A DNA stretch of 64,000 bases from Candidatus Poribacteria bacterium (GCA_965222225.1 CBDCTK010000002.1:1152001-1216000), one strand, 5' to 3'; counted from the stretch's first letter, positions 1 to 11,225 are shown. Made by a program: numbers and translations. The notes: a model not told the origin generated them from the letters alone.

Positions 1-795
1 TTTTCAGCACTTATCGGTAAGATTGATGAGGAGATTCAGGCCATCCTATTTGGAACGGCGGGACTGCTACCTTCGCAATCCCAACGTTCCACCGATCTGG
101 ACAAATCCGACAGAATATTCATAAAGCGGCTAGAATCCCGCTGGAATGCATCCGAACAAGCGAGCATGCCAACCCGTATGGTTGCCGACCAATGGCAGTT
201 TTCGAGAATACGTCCGGCGAACTTTCCAACTCGTCGGATTGCCGCTATTAGTCAGCTAATTGGAAACTGTCAAGAAAGCTTGATGATGGTCTACCTACCA
301 ATTATTCTGCAATCGGCGGAGGCAGATAAAACAAGTTTGGGGAAGATTCGGCGACAGTTAGTGGAAAGATTAACACCCGTACCCAGCGGATATTGGACGG
401 ATCATTGTAATTTTGGAAAACGGATTCCGCAAATCGGCGCAACTTTAATCGGAAAAAATCGCGCATTGGACATTATCGTCAACATATTACTGCCAATTGC
501 GACAGTCTGGGCTGAGGAGTCACAAAGTACAACTTTGTACGAAGCGGTAATACGACTATACGGCAGTTGTCCGAAGTTGCAAGACAATCGCATCACTAAA
601 CAAATCCAATCCCAAATTTTTAGCGACTTACAACCCTTTAACGTAATCTCGCCGAACTCAAAGATCCAGCAAGGTGCAATGTATCTTCACAATAACTTTT
701 GCAGTAGCCGACTCTGCGATCTCTGCCCAATCATTAATGGCGGCGCCACCGAGGACTTGAGAGGAGAAACTGTCAAAGCGGCTGGCGTTAAATAA
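1..795 (+). CDS. DUF2851 family protein (5'-truncated by window edge)
   Basis: Frame open from base 1 (FSALIGKIDEEIQAILFGTAGLLP...). WQFSRIRPANFPTRRIA motif and C-terminal QQG...FC...CDLCPI are typical of DUF2851. Confidence 0.8.
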   Translation, partial: FSALIGKIDEEIQAILFGTAGLLPSQSQRSTDLDKSDRIFIKRLESRWNASEQASMPTRMVADQWQFSRIRPANFPTRRIAAISQLIGNCQESLMMVYLPIILQSAEADKTSLGKIRRQLVERLTPVPSGYWTDHCNFGKRIPQIGATLIGKNRALDIIVNILLPIATVWAEESQSTTLYEAVIRLYGSCPKLQDNRITKQIQSQIFSDLQPFNVISPNSKIQQGAMYLHNNFCSSRLCDLCPIINGGATEDLRGETVKAAGVK

Positions 796-830
796 CTGGA
801 ATCGAGAGTTATTTGAAACGCCATTGTAAC

Positions 831-2600
831 TCAAAGCAGTTCTTGGAGATATTGCACACGCGTGTGATGCCGCAACTTGCGAAGTGCTTCATCTTCGATC
901 TGGCGCACCCTCTCGCGACTGATGCCAAGTTGTCGGCCAATTTCAGCCAAGGTATACTCTGTACCATCCGTCAATCCATACCGGAGTTTAATCACAAGGG
1001 TCTCACGCGGTGCCAATGTATTGAGCACTCTCTCAAGCGATTCCTTTTCCGAGACACAGAGTAGTTCCTCTTCCGGTGTCACCTGCGAATCATCTGCTAA
1101 CAGGTCCGAAACGGTCGCATCGGGTGACGCTTCACTCAATGGCGAATCCAGTGAAATTGTGCCTTTTGTGCTTTGTAAAATCTCAATTACGCGACTCTCA
1201 GGCATGTCGACTTTTTCGGCAATCTCCCTTATATCTGGTTCTCGCTCAAGATTTATTGCCAAGTTAGATTGCTCCTGTTTAATCGACCTCCAAGTTTCTC
1301 CTACGTAACATGGAATACGAATCGTTTGACTTTGCTGGTCAAGAGCGCGTTTGATTGCTTGCATCACCCACCATGTAGCATACGTACTGAAACGGTACCC
1401 TCTCTTCAAGTCGAATTTCTCGACAGCCTTCATTAGACCAATACTACCCTCTTGCATCAGATCGAGAAATGAGAGCGATGATTTGCTGAAATTGTGTTGT
1501 TTGGCAATGCTTGCAACGAGCAGCAAATTCGCTTCTACAATCTTCAACTCGGCGTCATGGACTTTCTGGGCAGCCGTTTGTAACTTACCCCACAATGCTT
1601 CAAGGTGCTCGCGTTCCTTAGCATGTACTCCTGCCGCTTGGGTACCCCGCGCATCCGGGCAGCGGTAAACTTCAATTGCTTGGCGAACCTCATCTAAGAT
1701 TGTGCCAAGATTCATTGGGCTCCACCACAATTCACTTCCTGATTGTTGTCTAGCCCCACGGCGTTTGTTTACCTTCGGACGTACCTCCGCCAGAATAGAT
1801 TCTGGAAGCTGATCTAACAACTCCGCCACTCCTGCCTTACCGTCTTCAAACTTTATGAAAAGATCTGCTTCTTCTTTAGGCTTAAGTAAGGGAGTACGAG
1901 CTATTTCTTGTAAATAAGAAAACGCTTCATCTCTTGTGCTGTCCGTACCATCTGGACGCTTCCGAAACGAGGAAATCAATTCATCCTCATTATCGTTGTC
2001 TGTATTACTATCTAAGCCGTCATTTGAGCCATCGGTTGGTGACACTGATAGAAAACCATCTTCCTCTTTCCCAGTTACGGGTCTATGGTTACTGACGGAA
2101 TTATTGTCAAAATCGGGACTGGGAGGCCCCGCAGTTGGCAACACAGCTAAAAAGTCCATGTCTTCTTTCTCATCCACGCCGTTGTTATCCCCAACTGAAC
2201 TATGGTCTAAACCTTCCTCAGAGGAAATCAATTCATCCTCATTATCGTTGTCTGTATTACCATCTAAGCCGTCATTTGAGCCATCGGTTGGTAACACTGA
2301 TAGAAAACCATCTTCCTCTTTCCCAGTTACGGGTCTATGGTTACTGACGGAATTATTGTCAAAATCGGGACTGGGAGGCCCCGCAGTTGGCAACACAGCT
2401 AAAAAGTCCATGTCTTCTTTCTCATCCACGCCGTTGTTATCCCCAACTGAACTATGGTCTAAACCTTCCTCACCTGATTCAGCAGTTGGCAACACAGCTA
2501 GGAAATCTGTGTCCTCCTTTTCATTCACGTCTAATGTTAGATCATGGTTGAACGAGTTATTGTTTATCATTCGCTCTACCAAGTTTTGTTTTGCTTTCAT
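831..2600 (-). CDS. Sigma70-family RNA polymerase sigma factor (RpoD/RpoS-like, probably non-primary) with a long acidic repetitive N-terminus
   Basis: Region 1.2 ([11 protein letters not shown]), region 2 ([41 protein letters not shown]), region 4 ([20 protein letters not shown]). Confidence 0.9.
   Translation of the reverse strand: MKAKQNLVERMINNNSFNHDLTLDVNEKEDTDFLAVLPTAESGEEGLDHSSVGDNNGVDEKEDMDFLAVLPTAGPPSPDFDNNSVSNHRPVTGKEEDGFLSVLPTDGSNDGLDGNTDNDNEDELISSEEGLDHSSVGDNNGVDEKEDMDFLAVLPTAGPPSPDFDNNSVSNHRPVTGKEEDGFLSVSPTDGSNDGLDSNTDNDNEDELISSFRKRPDGTDSTRDEAFSYLQEIARTPLLKPKEEADLFIKFEDGKAGVAELLDQLPESILAEVRPKVNKRRGARQQSGSELWWSPMNLGTILDEVRQAIEVYRCPDARGTQAAGVHAKEREHLEALWGKLQTAAQKVHDAELKIVEANLLLVASIAKQHNFSKSSLSFLDLMQEGSIGLMKAVEKFDLKRGYRFSTYATWWVMQAIKRALDQQSQTIRIPCYVGETWRSIKQEQSNLAINLEREPDIREIAEKVDMPESRVIEILQSTKGTISLDSPLSEASPDATVSDLLADDSQVTPEEELLCVSEKESLERVLNTLAPRETLVIKLRYGLTDGTEYTLAEIGRQLGISRERVRQIEDEALRKLRHHTRVQYLQELL
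1969..2472. repeat. Tandem 252-bp duplication (2 x 84 codons) inside the sigma factor gene
   Basis: 1969-2220 and 2221-2472 are identical by eye except two substitutions (S/G and S/L codons). Confidence 0.95.
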
Positions 2601-2969
2601 CGTTGATTCATTCCTATCCTCCGCTGTGCCGGAACTCCAATGTGGCTGAATTGTTGAAGATACCTCCGATTTTGTGATATACTGAATGCGTTATCTTCGT
2701 TCAATTTAACACTACACGTGCTATGTCCAATCTATTGACGCTAAAAACCTTCCCTTGGGGCCTCAACAAGCCATAAATTCCAAGGACGGCTCTAAATTTA
2801 TGTGGTCGCACCGGGTCATGATATGAGTGGCTACCTTCATATTTCATGGCTATCTTCACATACGTGGGAAGAAGCATGTTGCGTCTTCCATCGAACATCC
2901 GAAATACCGCGTCCTCCTTATGCTCTCCACGAATTAAATCCTTCCCATCCAAGACTTTGGGAGTAAAAA

Positions 2970-3545
2970 ATGAGTAAAATTAGCAAACCTGATGTAGTAA
3001 AACGCATAAGCGCTGGCGAATCCTTTGCTGGCGAAAATCTAGCGAATATTGATTTATCTGGCACACACTTGGTTGGAATCGATTTTCCGCGAGCAAATCT
3101 GAGCGGCGCGAGATTAAAAAACACCAATTTGACCGATGCTAACCTTAATGAAGCCGACCTTTCCGGCGCTGATTTGTCGGGCGCGGTGCTGCGAGGTGCT
3201 TATTTGATAGGTGCCAATTTAGCGAACACAAACATTGAAGGAACCAATCTCCAAGGAGCCTTTCTTGGTGGTAGTATCCTTGCGGGCACAAACTTTCGGA
3301 ATGCAGATCTACGTGGCGCAACCATTGGGTGTCCACACTGGGTCGCCTCAGATCAGTTTGGAAGATTAACGAGTTTTGAAAACGCCAATCTTGAAGAAAC
3401 AATCTTTGGAGAAACCAAACCGCAAGCGGTCGTCTTACTTGGGGCCAAGTTCACGGGCGCTTACTTGTATGAAGTAGATTTTTCAGAAGCGGTGTACAAG
3501 CGCTCTGACCTCAAAGACGCAATCATTAAAAAGGGGAGAAATTAA
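2970..3545 (+). CDS. Pentapeptide repeat protein
   Basis: Runs of A(D/N)LxG repeats (ANLSGARLKNTNLTDANLNEADLSGADLSGA). GGGAG RBS upstream. Confidence 0.9.
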   Translation: MSKISKPDVVKRISAGESFAGENLANIDLSGTHLVGIDFPRANLSGARLKNTNLTDANLNEADLSGADLSGAVLRGAYLIGANLANTNIEGTNLQGAFLGGSILAGTNFRNADLRGATIGCPHWVASDQFGRLTSFENANLEETIFGETKPQAVVLLGAKFTGAYLYEVDFSEAVYKRSDLKDAIIKKGRN

Positions 3546-3693
3546 TTCCCTCAATGAGGCCTAAAAGATTGAATAGTCGTCAATTTTGTCCATCTCTATG
3601 ATTTGCTTCACATGAGACGGTGTTATTCAAGATGAAGTTTACACGATTTTCACTATTTGACTCAAATTCATTGCCCTCCACAGTTTCTAATTC

Positions 3694-5508
3694 TCATCGG
3701 AGTTGCAATCTGCATAAATTCTGGTACAGCCCTTCGCGTTTCAATAGTTCTTGATGCGTACCAATTTGCGCTACTTCCCCGTGGTCAAGCACAACTATTT
3801 TGTCCGCGTGAGAAACCGTCGAAAGCCGATGAGCAATGACAAAGCTTGTCCTTCCTTTCATTAACTTTGCAAGAGAATCTTGAACAAGGGCTTCCGATTT
3901 GCTGTCTAATGCAGATGTGGCCTCATCAAGAATGAGAATACGGGGGTTCTTGAGAATAGCCCGAGCAATTGAAACACGCTGCTGTTGCCCACCGGACAAT
4001 TTGAGGCCGGATTCACCTATAGATGTCTCATAACCGTTAGGCATCTGCATGACAAACTCGTGCGCATTTGCTTGTTGTGCAGCCTCAATCACCGCTTCGC
4101 GAGTCGCTTCCGGACAACCGTAACTAATATTATCCCTGACCGTACCATCAAATAAGATTGTATCCTGTGGAACAATCGCAATCTGGCGCCTGAGGGACCT
4201 AGCCGCCACCTCAGAAATGGGGTGACCATCAATCAGAATCTCTCCCGAATCAACCTCGTAAAACCTCGGCAGGAGATTAAGCAACGTGGTCTTTCCACTT
4301 CCACTTTCCCCCACCAAAGCAACAACTTCCCCCGGCTTGGCATGAATATTTATATCCTTGAGGACTACCTGCCGATCGTAACCAAAGAAAACATTGTAAA
4401 ACCGAACATCTCCCACCACGCCTGGAAGTAGCGCTTTCTTCGTATCCTTTGGCTCCTCTTCCTGAATATCTAATATGTAAAAAATTCGATCGGCCGATGC
4501 AAGACATTGCTGTAAGACGTTGTTAAACTGTCCGATAGTCTTTATCGGCTTAAACATAAAGCCAATCATGGCGTTGTATCCGATGAACCATCCGGTGGTC
4601 AACTGTCCTTGGATAACTTGCCAACAGCCAAACCCAAAAACTGCCCCAATACCAACCGCGCTGATTAACTCAATTAAAGGTGGTAGCATTGCCACAAGAC
4701 GAACACGTTTCATTGCTACACGGTATTGACGGTTGTTGGCCGTCGCAAAGCGTCGCCGTTCCAACTCCTCAGCAGTAAAACTCTTAATGATTTTGATGCC
4801 AGCGATAGTCTCCTTCAGCTGTGAAACGATGTCTGCGGTGCGCTGCTGAATTCCCGTGCTCACATGGCGCACCCGCTTCCCCACACGTGTAATAATGTAT
4901 GCCAAAAGTGGCAACACGAGCACAGCTAATACAGTTAACTCAAAATTTCTGACAAACAGTAAACAGACGAAGACAGGAACAGTGACAATTGCACGGATGG
5001 TAGGTGCTGTTGTTCCAACACCGTTAAGCCATGTTCGAGCATCGTCGGTGACTCGCGACATCAGATCACCTGACCGATGTTCCCTGAGCACACCTAAAGG
5101 AGCAAAAAGTATCTTCGCGTACAATTCGTTGCGAACTCGGACAAACAATTTATGTCCAACTCGCGACATAAGATAATCATTGCCAAACGTGAAAACCCCT
5201 TTGATGACCACCAGTATCAAAATGCTTGTGAGAACTAGACCCACAAGCTGAAGTGCGTCACGACTATCTACTAGGACAATTTCGGGGATTCCGCCAAAAA
5301 ATCCTTCGAAATAAAAGTAACGAACGACAATTGGCTCTCCGTTAAACCCCTTTGTTTTAATCAATACAAGGAGGTCTGTCGTCTCCGCCAGAATGTGAAA
5401 GTAACCGTATTCACAAATCGAGATTACAAACGCACAAACTACCGCAAATAAGATTTGTACAGTATACGGCGTCAAATACCGTACAAACCGTCCAAAAATC
5501 AGCATCAC
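3694..5508 (-). CDS. ABC exporter, fused permease/ATPase (MsbA-like)
   Basis: N-terminal TM domain, Walker A GESGSGKT, signature LSGGQQQR, Walker B ILILDEATSALD, AHRLST. Confidence 0.9.
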   Translation of the reverse strand: MMLIFGRFVRYLTPYTVQILFAVVCAFVISICEYGYFHILAETTDLLVLIKTKGFNGEPIVVRYFYFEGFFGGIPEIVLVDSRDALQLVGLVLTSILILVVIKGVFTFGNDYLMSRVGHKLFVRVRNELYAKILFAPLGVLREHRSGDLMSRVTDDARTWLNGVGTTAPTIRAIVTVPVFVCLLFVRNFELTVLAVLVLPLLAYIITRVGKRVRHVSTGIQQRTADIVSQLKETIAGIKIIKSFTAEELERRRFATANNRQYRVAMKRVRLVAMLPPLIELISAVGIGAVFGFGCWQVIQGQLTTGWFIGYNAMIGFMFKPIKTIGQFNNVLQQCLASADRIFYILDIQEEEPKDTKKALLPGVVGDVRFYNVFFGYDRQVVLKDINIHAKPGEVVALVGESGSGKTTLLNLLPRFYEVDSGEILIDGHPISEVAARSLRRQIAIVPQDTILFDGTVRDNISYGCPEATREAVIEAAQQANAHEFVMQMPNGYETSIGESGLKLSGGQQQRVSIARAILKNPRILILDEATSALDSKSEALVQDSLAKLMKGRTSFVIAHRLSTVSHADKIVVLDHGEVAQIGTHQELLKREGLYQNLCRLQLR

Positions 5509-6227
5509 CCCGACTTCTCCGCAACTGTGATCATGCGCCTCGACTCCGTAGTAAAATCACTGCCATCATAATCGCCATAAGTGGCACGAATGCACAAACC
5601 AACGGTCTCCAACAACCTTTTCATTTCTGTGGGGAAGTAAAACCGCACGGTGTTGACCATCTTGCGAATCGTTTTTGCGGGCAATTCAATGATTGTACGA
5701 TAGTCGAACAAGCGACCTGATTGAGGCTCGTACTCCACTTCTGCCAAGGCTAAGGTTGAATCAGAGACCCACCACCAATTTCGAGTGTGGTCGAGCTGAG
5801 TTACCACGTATGGATTCCAGTAGTCAATGAGCAACTTACCACCTGGCTTAAGTACCGACGCGATTTCCGAAAGGACGTTTCTGTTGTCCGTTTCTTCAAA
5901 AAAGCCAAAGCTTGTGAATAGGCATATAACGGCATCACAATTCGGTTTCAGAGGAATATGGCGCATGTCCGCTTCAATGAGTTGAAGTCTTCGCCCATCC
6001 GAATGTGCATTGTTCTTTGCTTCATTGAGCAGAAATCGAGAATTATCCAACCCAATGACATTTCCACCCAAATTCGCCAGTTGTTCCCCATGCCGGCCCT
6101 GCCCGCAGCACAGATCCAAGACTCTCGACCCCGGTTGGAGATTTAACTCACTAAAGATAAAGTTTGCTTCTTCTTCCGTCTCGGCTTCCGATGGTAACTC
6201 CGAATGCAGGTAAGTTTCATCCCACAT
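5505..6227 (-). CDS. Class I SAM-dependent methyltransferase
   Basis: VLDLCCGQGRH motif I, ADMR, LFTSFGFF, LKPGG. Confidence 0.85.
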   Translation of the reverse strand: MWDETYLHSELPSEAETEEEANFIFSELNLQPGSRVLDLCCGQGRHGEQLANLGGNVIGLDNSRFLLNEAKNNAHSDGRRLQLIEADMRHIPLKPNCDAVICLFTSFGFFEETDNRNVLSEIASVLKPGGKLLIDYWNPYVVTQLDHTRNWWWVSDSTLALAEVEYEPQSGRLFDYRTIIELPAKTIRKMVNTVRFYFPTEMKRLLETVGLCIRATYGDYDGSDFTTESRRMITVAEKSG

Positions 6228-6286
6228 GACAGGTCCAATATGTTAATCTACGGCTGTAACAGTGACTGTTCTCTCCTCCATTAGAC

Positions 6287-7330
6287 TTATTCATGCTTAT
6301 ATTGTCCAAATTGCACAATCTTCGTTTCATCTGCCGCATCCGGCTTGCAGCATACCTTGAGATGATTTGCCTCGAAGTCTGCTGCTTTGATGATCGCAAC
6401 AGAAACTATCTTTCCTCGCGCATCAACTAAACCAGCAAAACGTCGCTCAAAATATTCCGGAGTTCTTGTAACCAAATTGGTTAGGCTCAACCGATTCTTT
6501 ATTTGCGAATGCGCATAATCAGTCAAAAGGTTTTGAGTTACAAGCGCGAGCGTTCGATACCCCCACTCTGCATAAAGGATTCGGTCATTAGCCAAGTCGG
6601 AAAGAATCTCCAACTCCTTTTCATTGGCACGTCTGCCAATGAAAAAAGGAATCATCTGCCCACAAAACTTCTCAAACGGGAGGCGTGCTTCGACTGTTTC
6701 GGAAAAATAACGATTCACGCGGGTCTCACGATATTTTCGTCGGAATTCGCTGTTTTTGGAAGTAGCCGCGCAATGAGGGGAGAGTTGATAAACCTTCATG
6801 CACTGGATGGCATCAAACCCGGCGACGATCGCATCCAACTCTCCTGAATGCTGGATACAGACTAGATAGCGAGGTTGAATTATCTCAATCTTGTGCCGTT
6901 TAAGCGCGACGGCCCCCATACCCTTGACATAGCCAGTTGTGTCAATCACAACAAAGTCCACGGCGGCTCTAAGCGCAGCATCCACCATTAATCGGATACC
7001 GGTGACACACCGCAGAAAATGTCTTTCGGGAGAAATCCAACCGACGAAGTACAGATCGTCGGCTTCCATATCATCCCAATCGGGGTTTCGGGACAAGATT
7101 GTGAGCCCAATCGTCGTCGGTGGTCCGATTTGCGATTGGCCTACGTCAGCATCAACCAAACCGACTCTCAAGCCTTGAGACACGCCCTGTTCAACAAGGA
7201 ATCGGCAGAACGTAGATTTGCCGGTGTCAGTTGACCCAACCACAAGTATAATCGCTTGTGGATGGATAATGCATCGCGCAATACGTTCCCAATTATGGTT
7301 CCCCTGATAATCACACTTCATACTCTCCAA
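6287..7330 (-). CDS. Clp1/Grc3-family polynucleotide 5'-hydroxyl kinase
   Basis: P-loop GSTDTGKST, DADVGQSQIGPP motif, VIDTTGYV, and RRKYRE arginine cluster typical of Clp1-family kinases. Confidence 0.8.
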   Translation of the reverse strand: MESMKCDYQGNHNWERIARCIIHPQAIILVVGSTDTGKSTFCRFLVEQGVSQGLRVGLVDADVGQSQIGPPTTIGLTILSRNPDWDDMEADDLYFVGWISPERHFLRCVTGIRLMVDAALRAAVDFVVIDTTGYVKGMGAVALKRHKIEIIQPRYLVCIQHSGELDAIVAGFDAIQCMKVYQLSPHCAATSKNSEFRRKYRETRVNRYFSETVEARLPFEKFCGQMIPFFIGRRANEKELEILSDLANDRILYAEWGYRTLALVTQNLLTDYAHSQIKNRLSLTNLVTRTPEYFERRFAGLVDARGKIVSVAIIKAADFEANHLKVCCKPDAADETKIVQFGQYKHE

Positions 7331-7414
7331 GATTGGGTCGAAACATGACCATTCGATTTGTAGCCGTACCCAGTGAGCTGTCGACTCAACTGATGCTTCC
7401 CTTCTCGTGCGACC

Positions 7415-8281
7415 CTATTCAACAAAACTTAACTGGTACCGAAATAAAACACCTGTGTCATCAAGAAAATTCTCTAACGTGCGTTTTCCGGCAAATCCTA
7501 TCAGCCGTTCCAGCAAAGTAGGCTCGTGTTTGACACGCGTTACCTTTGGCTTCCCTACAATGCCGGCAAGCTCTGCGGCATGAGCTACGGCGTCAGGAAG
7601 ATTACCTAGTTTGTCAACGAGCTTATATTCCAACGCTTGATTCCCCGAAAAGATACGTCCATCCGCTAACGCTTGCACCTCGTCACGTGTTAGTAGATCT
7701 TTTCGTTCGTCAAATATTGCTTCAACGAATTGATGGTGCACGTCGTCAATCGTTTCCTGTAGCAACTCCCTTTCTTCTGGTGTGAGATTTCGGATTGGTG
7801 AACCTGTGTCCTTGAATTGACCACTCTTTACAGTTTGCCGATCTATTCCCACCTTATCGTAAAGCCCCTTCATTTTCACGAACTGCATAATTACCCCTAT
7901 GCTCCCCGTCAGCGTTCCTGGATTTGCAAAGATTTGATCGGCGGCGCAAGCAATGTAGTATCCTCCGGATGCAGCTGTTCCCCCAAGTGACGCAACAACC
8001 GGTTTGTCTAATTTCTTCAGTTCGCTGTATATTTCTTGAACTGGTGCAACACTACCCCCTGGCGAGTCTATTCGCACAACTATCGCTTTAACACTTCCAT
8101 TGTCACGATATTGATGAATCAACTCAATGACCTTGTCCGACTTTGTAATCGTCCCGATGATATCGACAACCGCGACTTTTTCTCCAATAAATCCATCACC
8201 CACTAGTGCCCGTACAATAAACACTAGAATTAGCAAGACTGCGAGGGTGACGAGAAGTTTAATGAATCTCTTCCGCGTCAT
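7415..8281 (-). CDS. sppA: Signal peptide peptidase SppA (36K type, S49)
   Basis: RIDSPGGS, AASGGYYIA, TLTGSIGVI, KSGQFKD, ADGRIFSG motifs and an N-terminal TM anchor. Confidence 0.9.
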   Translation of the reverse strand: MTRKRFIKLLVTLAVLLILVFIVRALVGDGFIGEKVAVVDIIGTITKSDKVIELIHQYRDNGSVKAIVVRIDSPGGSVAPVQEIYSELKKLDKPVVASLGGTAASGGYYIACAADQIFANPGTLTGSIGVIMQFVKMKGLYDKVGIDRQTVKSGQFKDTGSPIRNLTPEERELLQETIDDVHHQFVEAIFDERKDLLTRDEVQALADGRIFSGNQALEYKLVDKLGNLPDAVAHAAELAGIVGKPKVTRVKHEPTLLERLIGFAGKRTLENFLDDTGVLFRYQLSFVE

Positions 8282-8314
8282 GTAAATTTCGTTTCCTCAA
8301 TTCCACGTAATCAA

Positions 8315-8989
8315 TCACCTGTGAGAGAAGACTATTACAAAAGGTGTCTTAATCAGCCACAAGAGATCGGAAGCTACGCTCTGTTTTTCAATATAAACAA
8401 GATCGATTTCAAGCTTTTTTGGCATTAACTGGGTGATGTAATACTGTTCAGGATCGGCCTGGCCCTCTAGCATTTTCTCTTCATCACGATTCGCGATCTG
8501 CGCCGGGCCGGTAATCCCTGGTCGAACCTGGAGCACCCGCTTCTGATTTTCAGTATAATAGTCCACGTATGCAGGTGCCTCAGGACGCGGGCCAATAATG
8601 CTCATGTCGCCCTTGATGACATTGAGGAACTGTGGAATCTCATCCCACTTCGTCCACCGTAGAAACCGGCCCAGTTTTGTAATCCGTGAATCACCGTAGA
8701 CTGTCAATCCTGCTCCGAGTGACTCGGCATTTGCGACCATAGTCCGAAATTTGTACATCTCAAAGATTCGCCCGCCTCGGCCAACGCGTTTTGCTCTATA
8801 AATGATTGGTCCGGGAGATTGGATGCGCGCCAATAATGCGCACAGTAGCACTAACGGTAGAAGACCAATCAATCCCAATGTTGCGAATGTAACATCCAGC
8901 CACCGTTTTGATGGACTCTGGGAAATGGATCGATTTGGTTTTCTACCGTCTCGAGATAGGTCAAGAGCTTCCCACTGCTGGCTTTTCAT
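8315..8989 (-). CDS. Bacterial sugar transferase (undecaprenyl-phosphate phosphoglycosyltransferase)
   Basis: KRWLDV, YKFRTM, DEIPQFLNVIKGDMSIIGPRPE, RPGITG. Confidence 0.9.
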   Translation of the reverse strand: MKSQQWEALDLSRDGRKPNRSISQSPSKRWLDVTFATLGLIGLLPLVLLCALLARIQSPGPIIYRAKRVGRGGRIFEMYKFRTMVANAESLGAGLTVYGDSRITKLGRFLRWTKWDEIPQFLNVIKGDMSIIGPRPEAPAYVDYYTENQKRVLQVRPGITGPAQIANRDEEKMLEGQADPEQYYITQLMPKKLEIDLVYIEKQSVASDLLWLIKTPFVIVFSHR

Positions 8990-10967
8990 AGGATTTTCGG
9001 CCGATTGGAAGATTTATTACTTGAGGCTCAGATTGTCTCAATTTTTCAGCACTCATTTGGTCGATGAATGTCCTTTGAGGTTTGTAGGTTGGAACAATCT
9101 CCTGAAGTTTCGCGATAATGCCCTCGGTATCTAGCCGATCCGCCAATTCTTCCAAAGCACCAATCTGGGCAAGTAATTCCGTTTCCTCAATTGTCTCTAG
9201 CTGTCCAACGAAAATCCGTTGATGTTTTGTGGCGGTAACCCCCTCTTGCGGGGTTAAGAGTTCTTCGTACAGTTTTTCGCCGGGTTCCAATCCGGTAAAT
9301 TCAATCTTGATATCTTGGTTGACCTCAAGCCCGGATAATCGAATCAAATCTTGTGCCAGATCGAAAATTTTGATTGGTTCGCCCATATCCAAGATAAATA
9401 TCTCGCCCCCATTGCCCATAGCGCCTGCCTGAATAAGCAACTGTACCGATTCAGGAATCGTCATGAAGAACCGCGTGACCTCACGGTGTGTGACAGTAAC
9501 AGGTCCTCCTTTTGCTATCTGACGTTTGAAATTTGGTAAGACACTTCCACGACTGTCAATCACGTTCCCAAAGCGAACCGCGATGAAATCAGTCCCGTTA
9601 CGTTTCGCTTTGCTCTGAATCAACTTCTCAGTAACGCGTTTGGAGGCCCCCATTACACTAGTCGGATTGACCGCTTTGTCTGAAGATACCAAGATAAACG
9701 CCTGAACATGATGTTTAATCGCCGCATCAATAAGGCTTTTAGTGCCTAATATGTTGTTCTTCACGGCTTCGTCAGGATGTATCTCCATAAACTTGACATG
9801 TTTATGTGCCGCCGCATGGAATATGATATGCGGTCTATACTTCTTCATGATTCGATCAATCTTCGAACGGTCACGAATGTCGCCCACGATTACCGCACGG
9901 TTGACATTCGGGTCAGATTCGCTCAATTCTATGTCAATGTGATATAAGCTATTTTCGCCTCGTCCAACGAGGATAAGTAATTCAGGTTCAAATTTTGCCA
10001 CCTGTCGACAAAGTTCCGATCCAATTGAACCGCCGGCCCCGGTTACCATTACACGTTTGCCGGATAAGTACTTCGAAACCTCTGCCAAGTCAATGGGGGA
10101 AGTTGAACGATTGAGCAAATCTTCGACCCTGACATCCCTAATCTGGCTAATACTCACATGCCCATCAAGGATTGCATGGATGCTCGGAACAATTTTGAAT
10201 TTACACCCTTTATATTTATGTTGTCGGACGATTTCGCGAACCTTACTCTCCGACGCAGAAGGCATTGCAATAACAATTTCATCAATTTGTCGCTTGCGCA
10301 CAATATAAGCCAATTCACGCGTCGTACCAAGGACCTCAAGTCCTTGAATGCTCTGTCCTACCTTCTCACGGTTATCAGTAACAAATCCAACAGGTAAATA
10401 CCCTTTTTCCGGATGATTGCGTATTTCGCGCAACACTCCAATGCCTGCCTCGCCCGTCCCAACAATTAGCACTCTAATCCAGGGGGTTGCGACTTGTTTC
10501 TTTCGATATTCCTCCAAAATACGTAGGGAATATTTCGCCAATCCTATAAGAACAATATTATATAACCCATCCATTGAAAACAATACCCACGAATGGAGAA
10601 GATTTCCGGAGAATTGGATGACCCGGAGGAAATCCGCAACATAAGGAACAAGAATTAACGCAAAGGTCCCACAGATTATAGCACTGATCAGGGAAAGGAA
10701 TTCTCGAACGCTCGCGTATCGCCAGACCGGTTTGTAGAGCCTAAAAACCAAGAATGCACCCAGACGAACTACGGTAATGATTACTGCCGAGATCGCGAAG
10801 GAATGTTGAAGTAGTTGGGACTGTCCCGCCTCACCTTGATGCTTGATTGATGCGATCAAATCAACTCCCAGTGATTTGCACGTGTGATATGCTACTAAGA
10901 AGGCAAGATTAATCAGACAGACATCAACAACAATCGAAGTTATCAATCTTTTCTTGGATTTCGGCAT
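8961..10967 (-). CDS. Nucleoside-diphosphate sugar epimerase/dehydratase, CapD/PglF-like
   Basis: N-terminal TMs, VTGAGGSIGSELCRQ, HAAAHKHV, SSDKAVNPTSVMGASK, VRFGNV..SRGSV, PGEKLYEEL. Confidence 0.9.
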   Translation of the reverse strand: MPKSKKRLITSIVVDVCLINLAFLVAYHTCKSLGVDLIASIKHQGEAGQSQLLQHSFAISAVIITVVRLGAFLVFRLYKPVWRYASVREFLSLISAIICGTFALILVPYVADFLRVIQFSGNLLHSWVLFSMDGLYNIVLIGLAKYSLRILEEYRKKQVATPWIRVLIVGTGEAGIGVLREIRNHPEKGYLPVGFVTDNREKVGQSIQGLEVLGTTRELAYIVRKRQIDEIVIAMPSASESKVREIVRQHKYKGCKFKIVPSIHAILDGHVSISQIRDVRVEDLLNRSTSPIDLAEVSKYLSGKRVMVTGAGGSIGSELCRQVAKFEPELLILVGRGENSLYHIDIELSESDPNVNRAVIVGDIRDRSKIDRIMKKYRPHIIFHAAAHKHVKFMEIHPDEAVKNNILGTKSLIDAAIKHHVQAFILVSSDKAVNPTSVMGASKRVTEKLIQSKAKRNGTDFIAVRFGNVIDSRGSVLPNFKRQIAKGGPVTVTHREVTRFFMTIPESVQLLIQAGAMGNGGEIFILDMGEPIKIFDLAQDLIRLSGLEVNQDIKIEFTGLEPGEKLYEELLTPQEGVTATKHQRIFVGQLETIEETELLAQIGALEELADRLDTEGIIAKLQEIVPTYKPQRTFIDQMSAEKLRQSEPQVINLPIGRKSYEKPAVGSS

Positions 10968-11225
10968 ATTCCGTCCTTAATGTTAGTTGAATCGCTTAAA
11001 TGCTAGTTTGCCGCAGCTACTTTAATTATGCTTAGACAGTTTTTCCCATGCGATAGGCTGTGCAATCCCGGGTTACTAATACCGCCTTCGCCGCGTTGAC
11101 GAAACAGCAACCAGTTGCTTAGTCATCAACATCGTAGAGAAAGACACCAATATACACCAGTTGCTTTGTTGAGGTACCGTAACGCGTGTTGTTTGGTTAT
11201 CGAACTTCACAATTGCTAAATTATT

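Noticed and set aside
1969-2472. Repeat as CRISPR array or mobile element
   Set aside because: Two contiguous in-frame 252-bp coding units with no spacers, TIRs or cas genes.
1936-2649. 237-aa plus-strand ORF
   Set aside because: Antisense shadow of the repetitive sigma factor N-terminus, Ser-rich with no motif.
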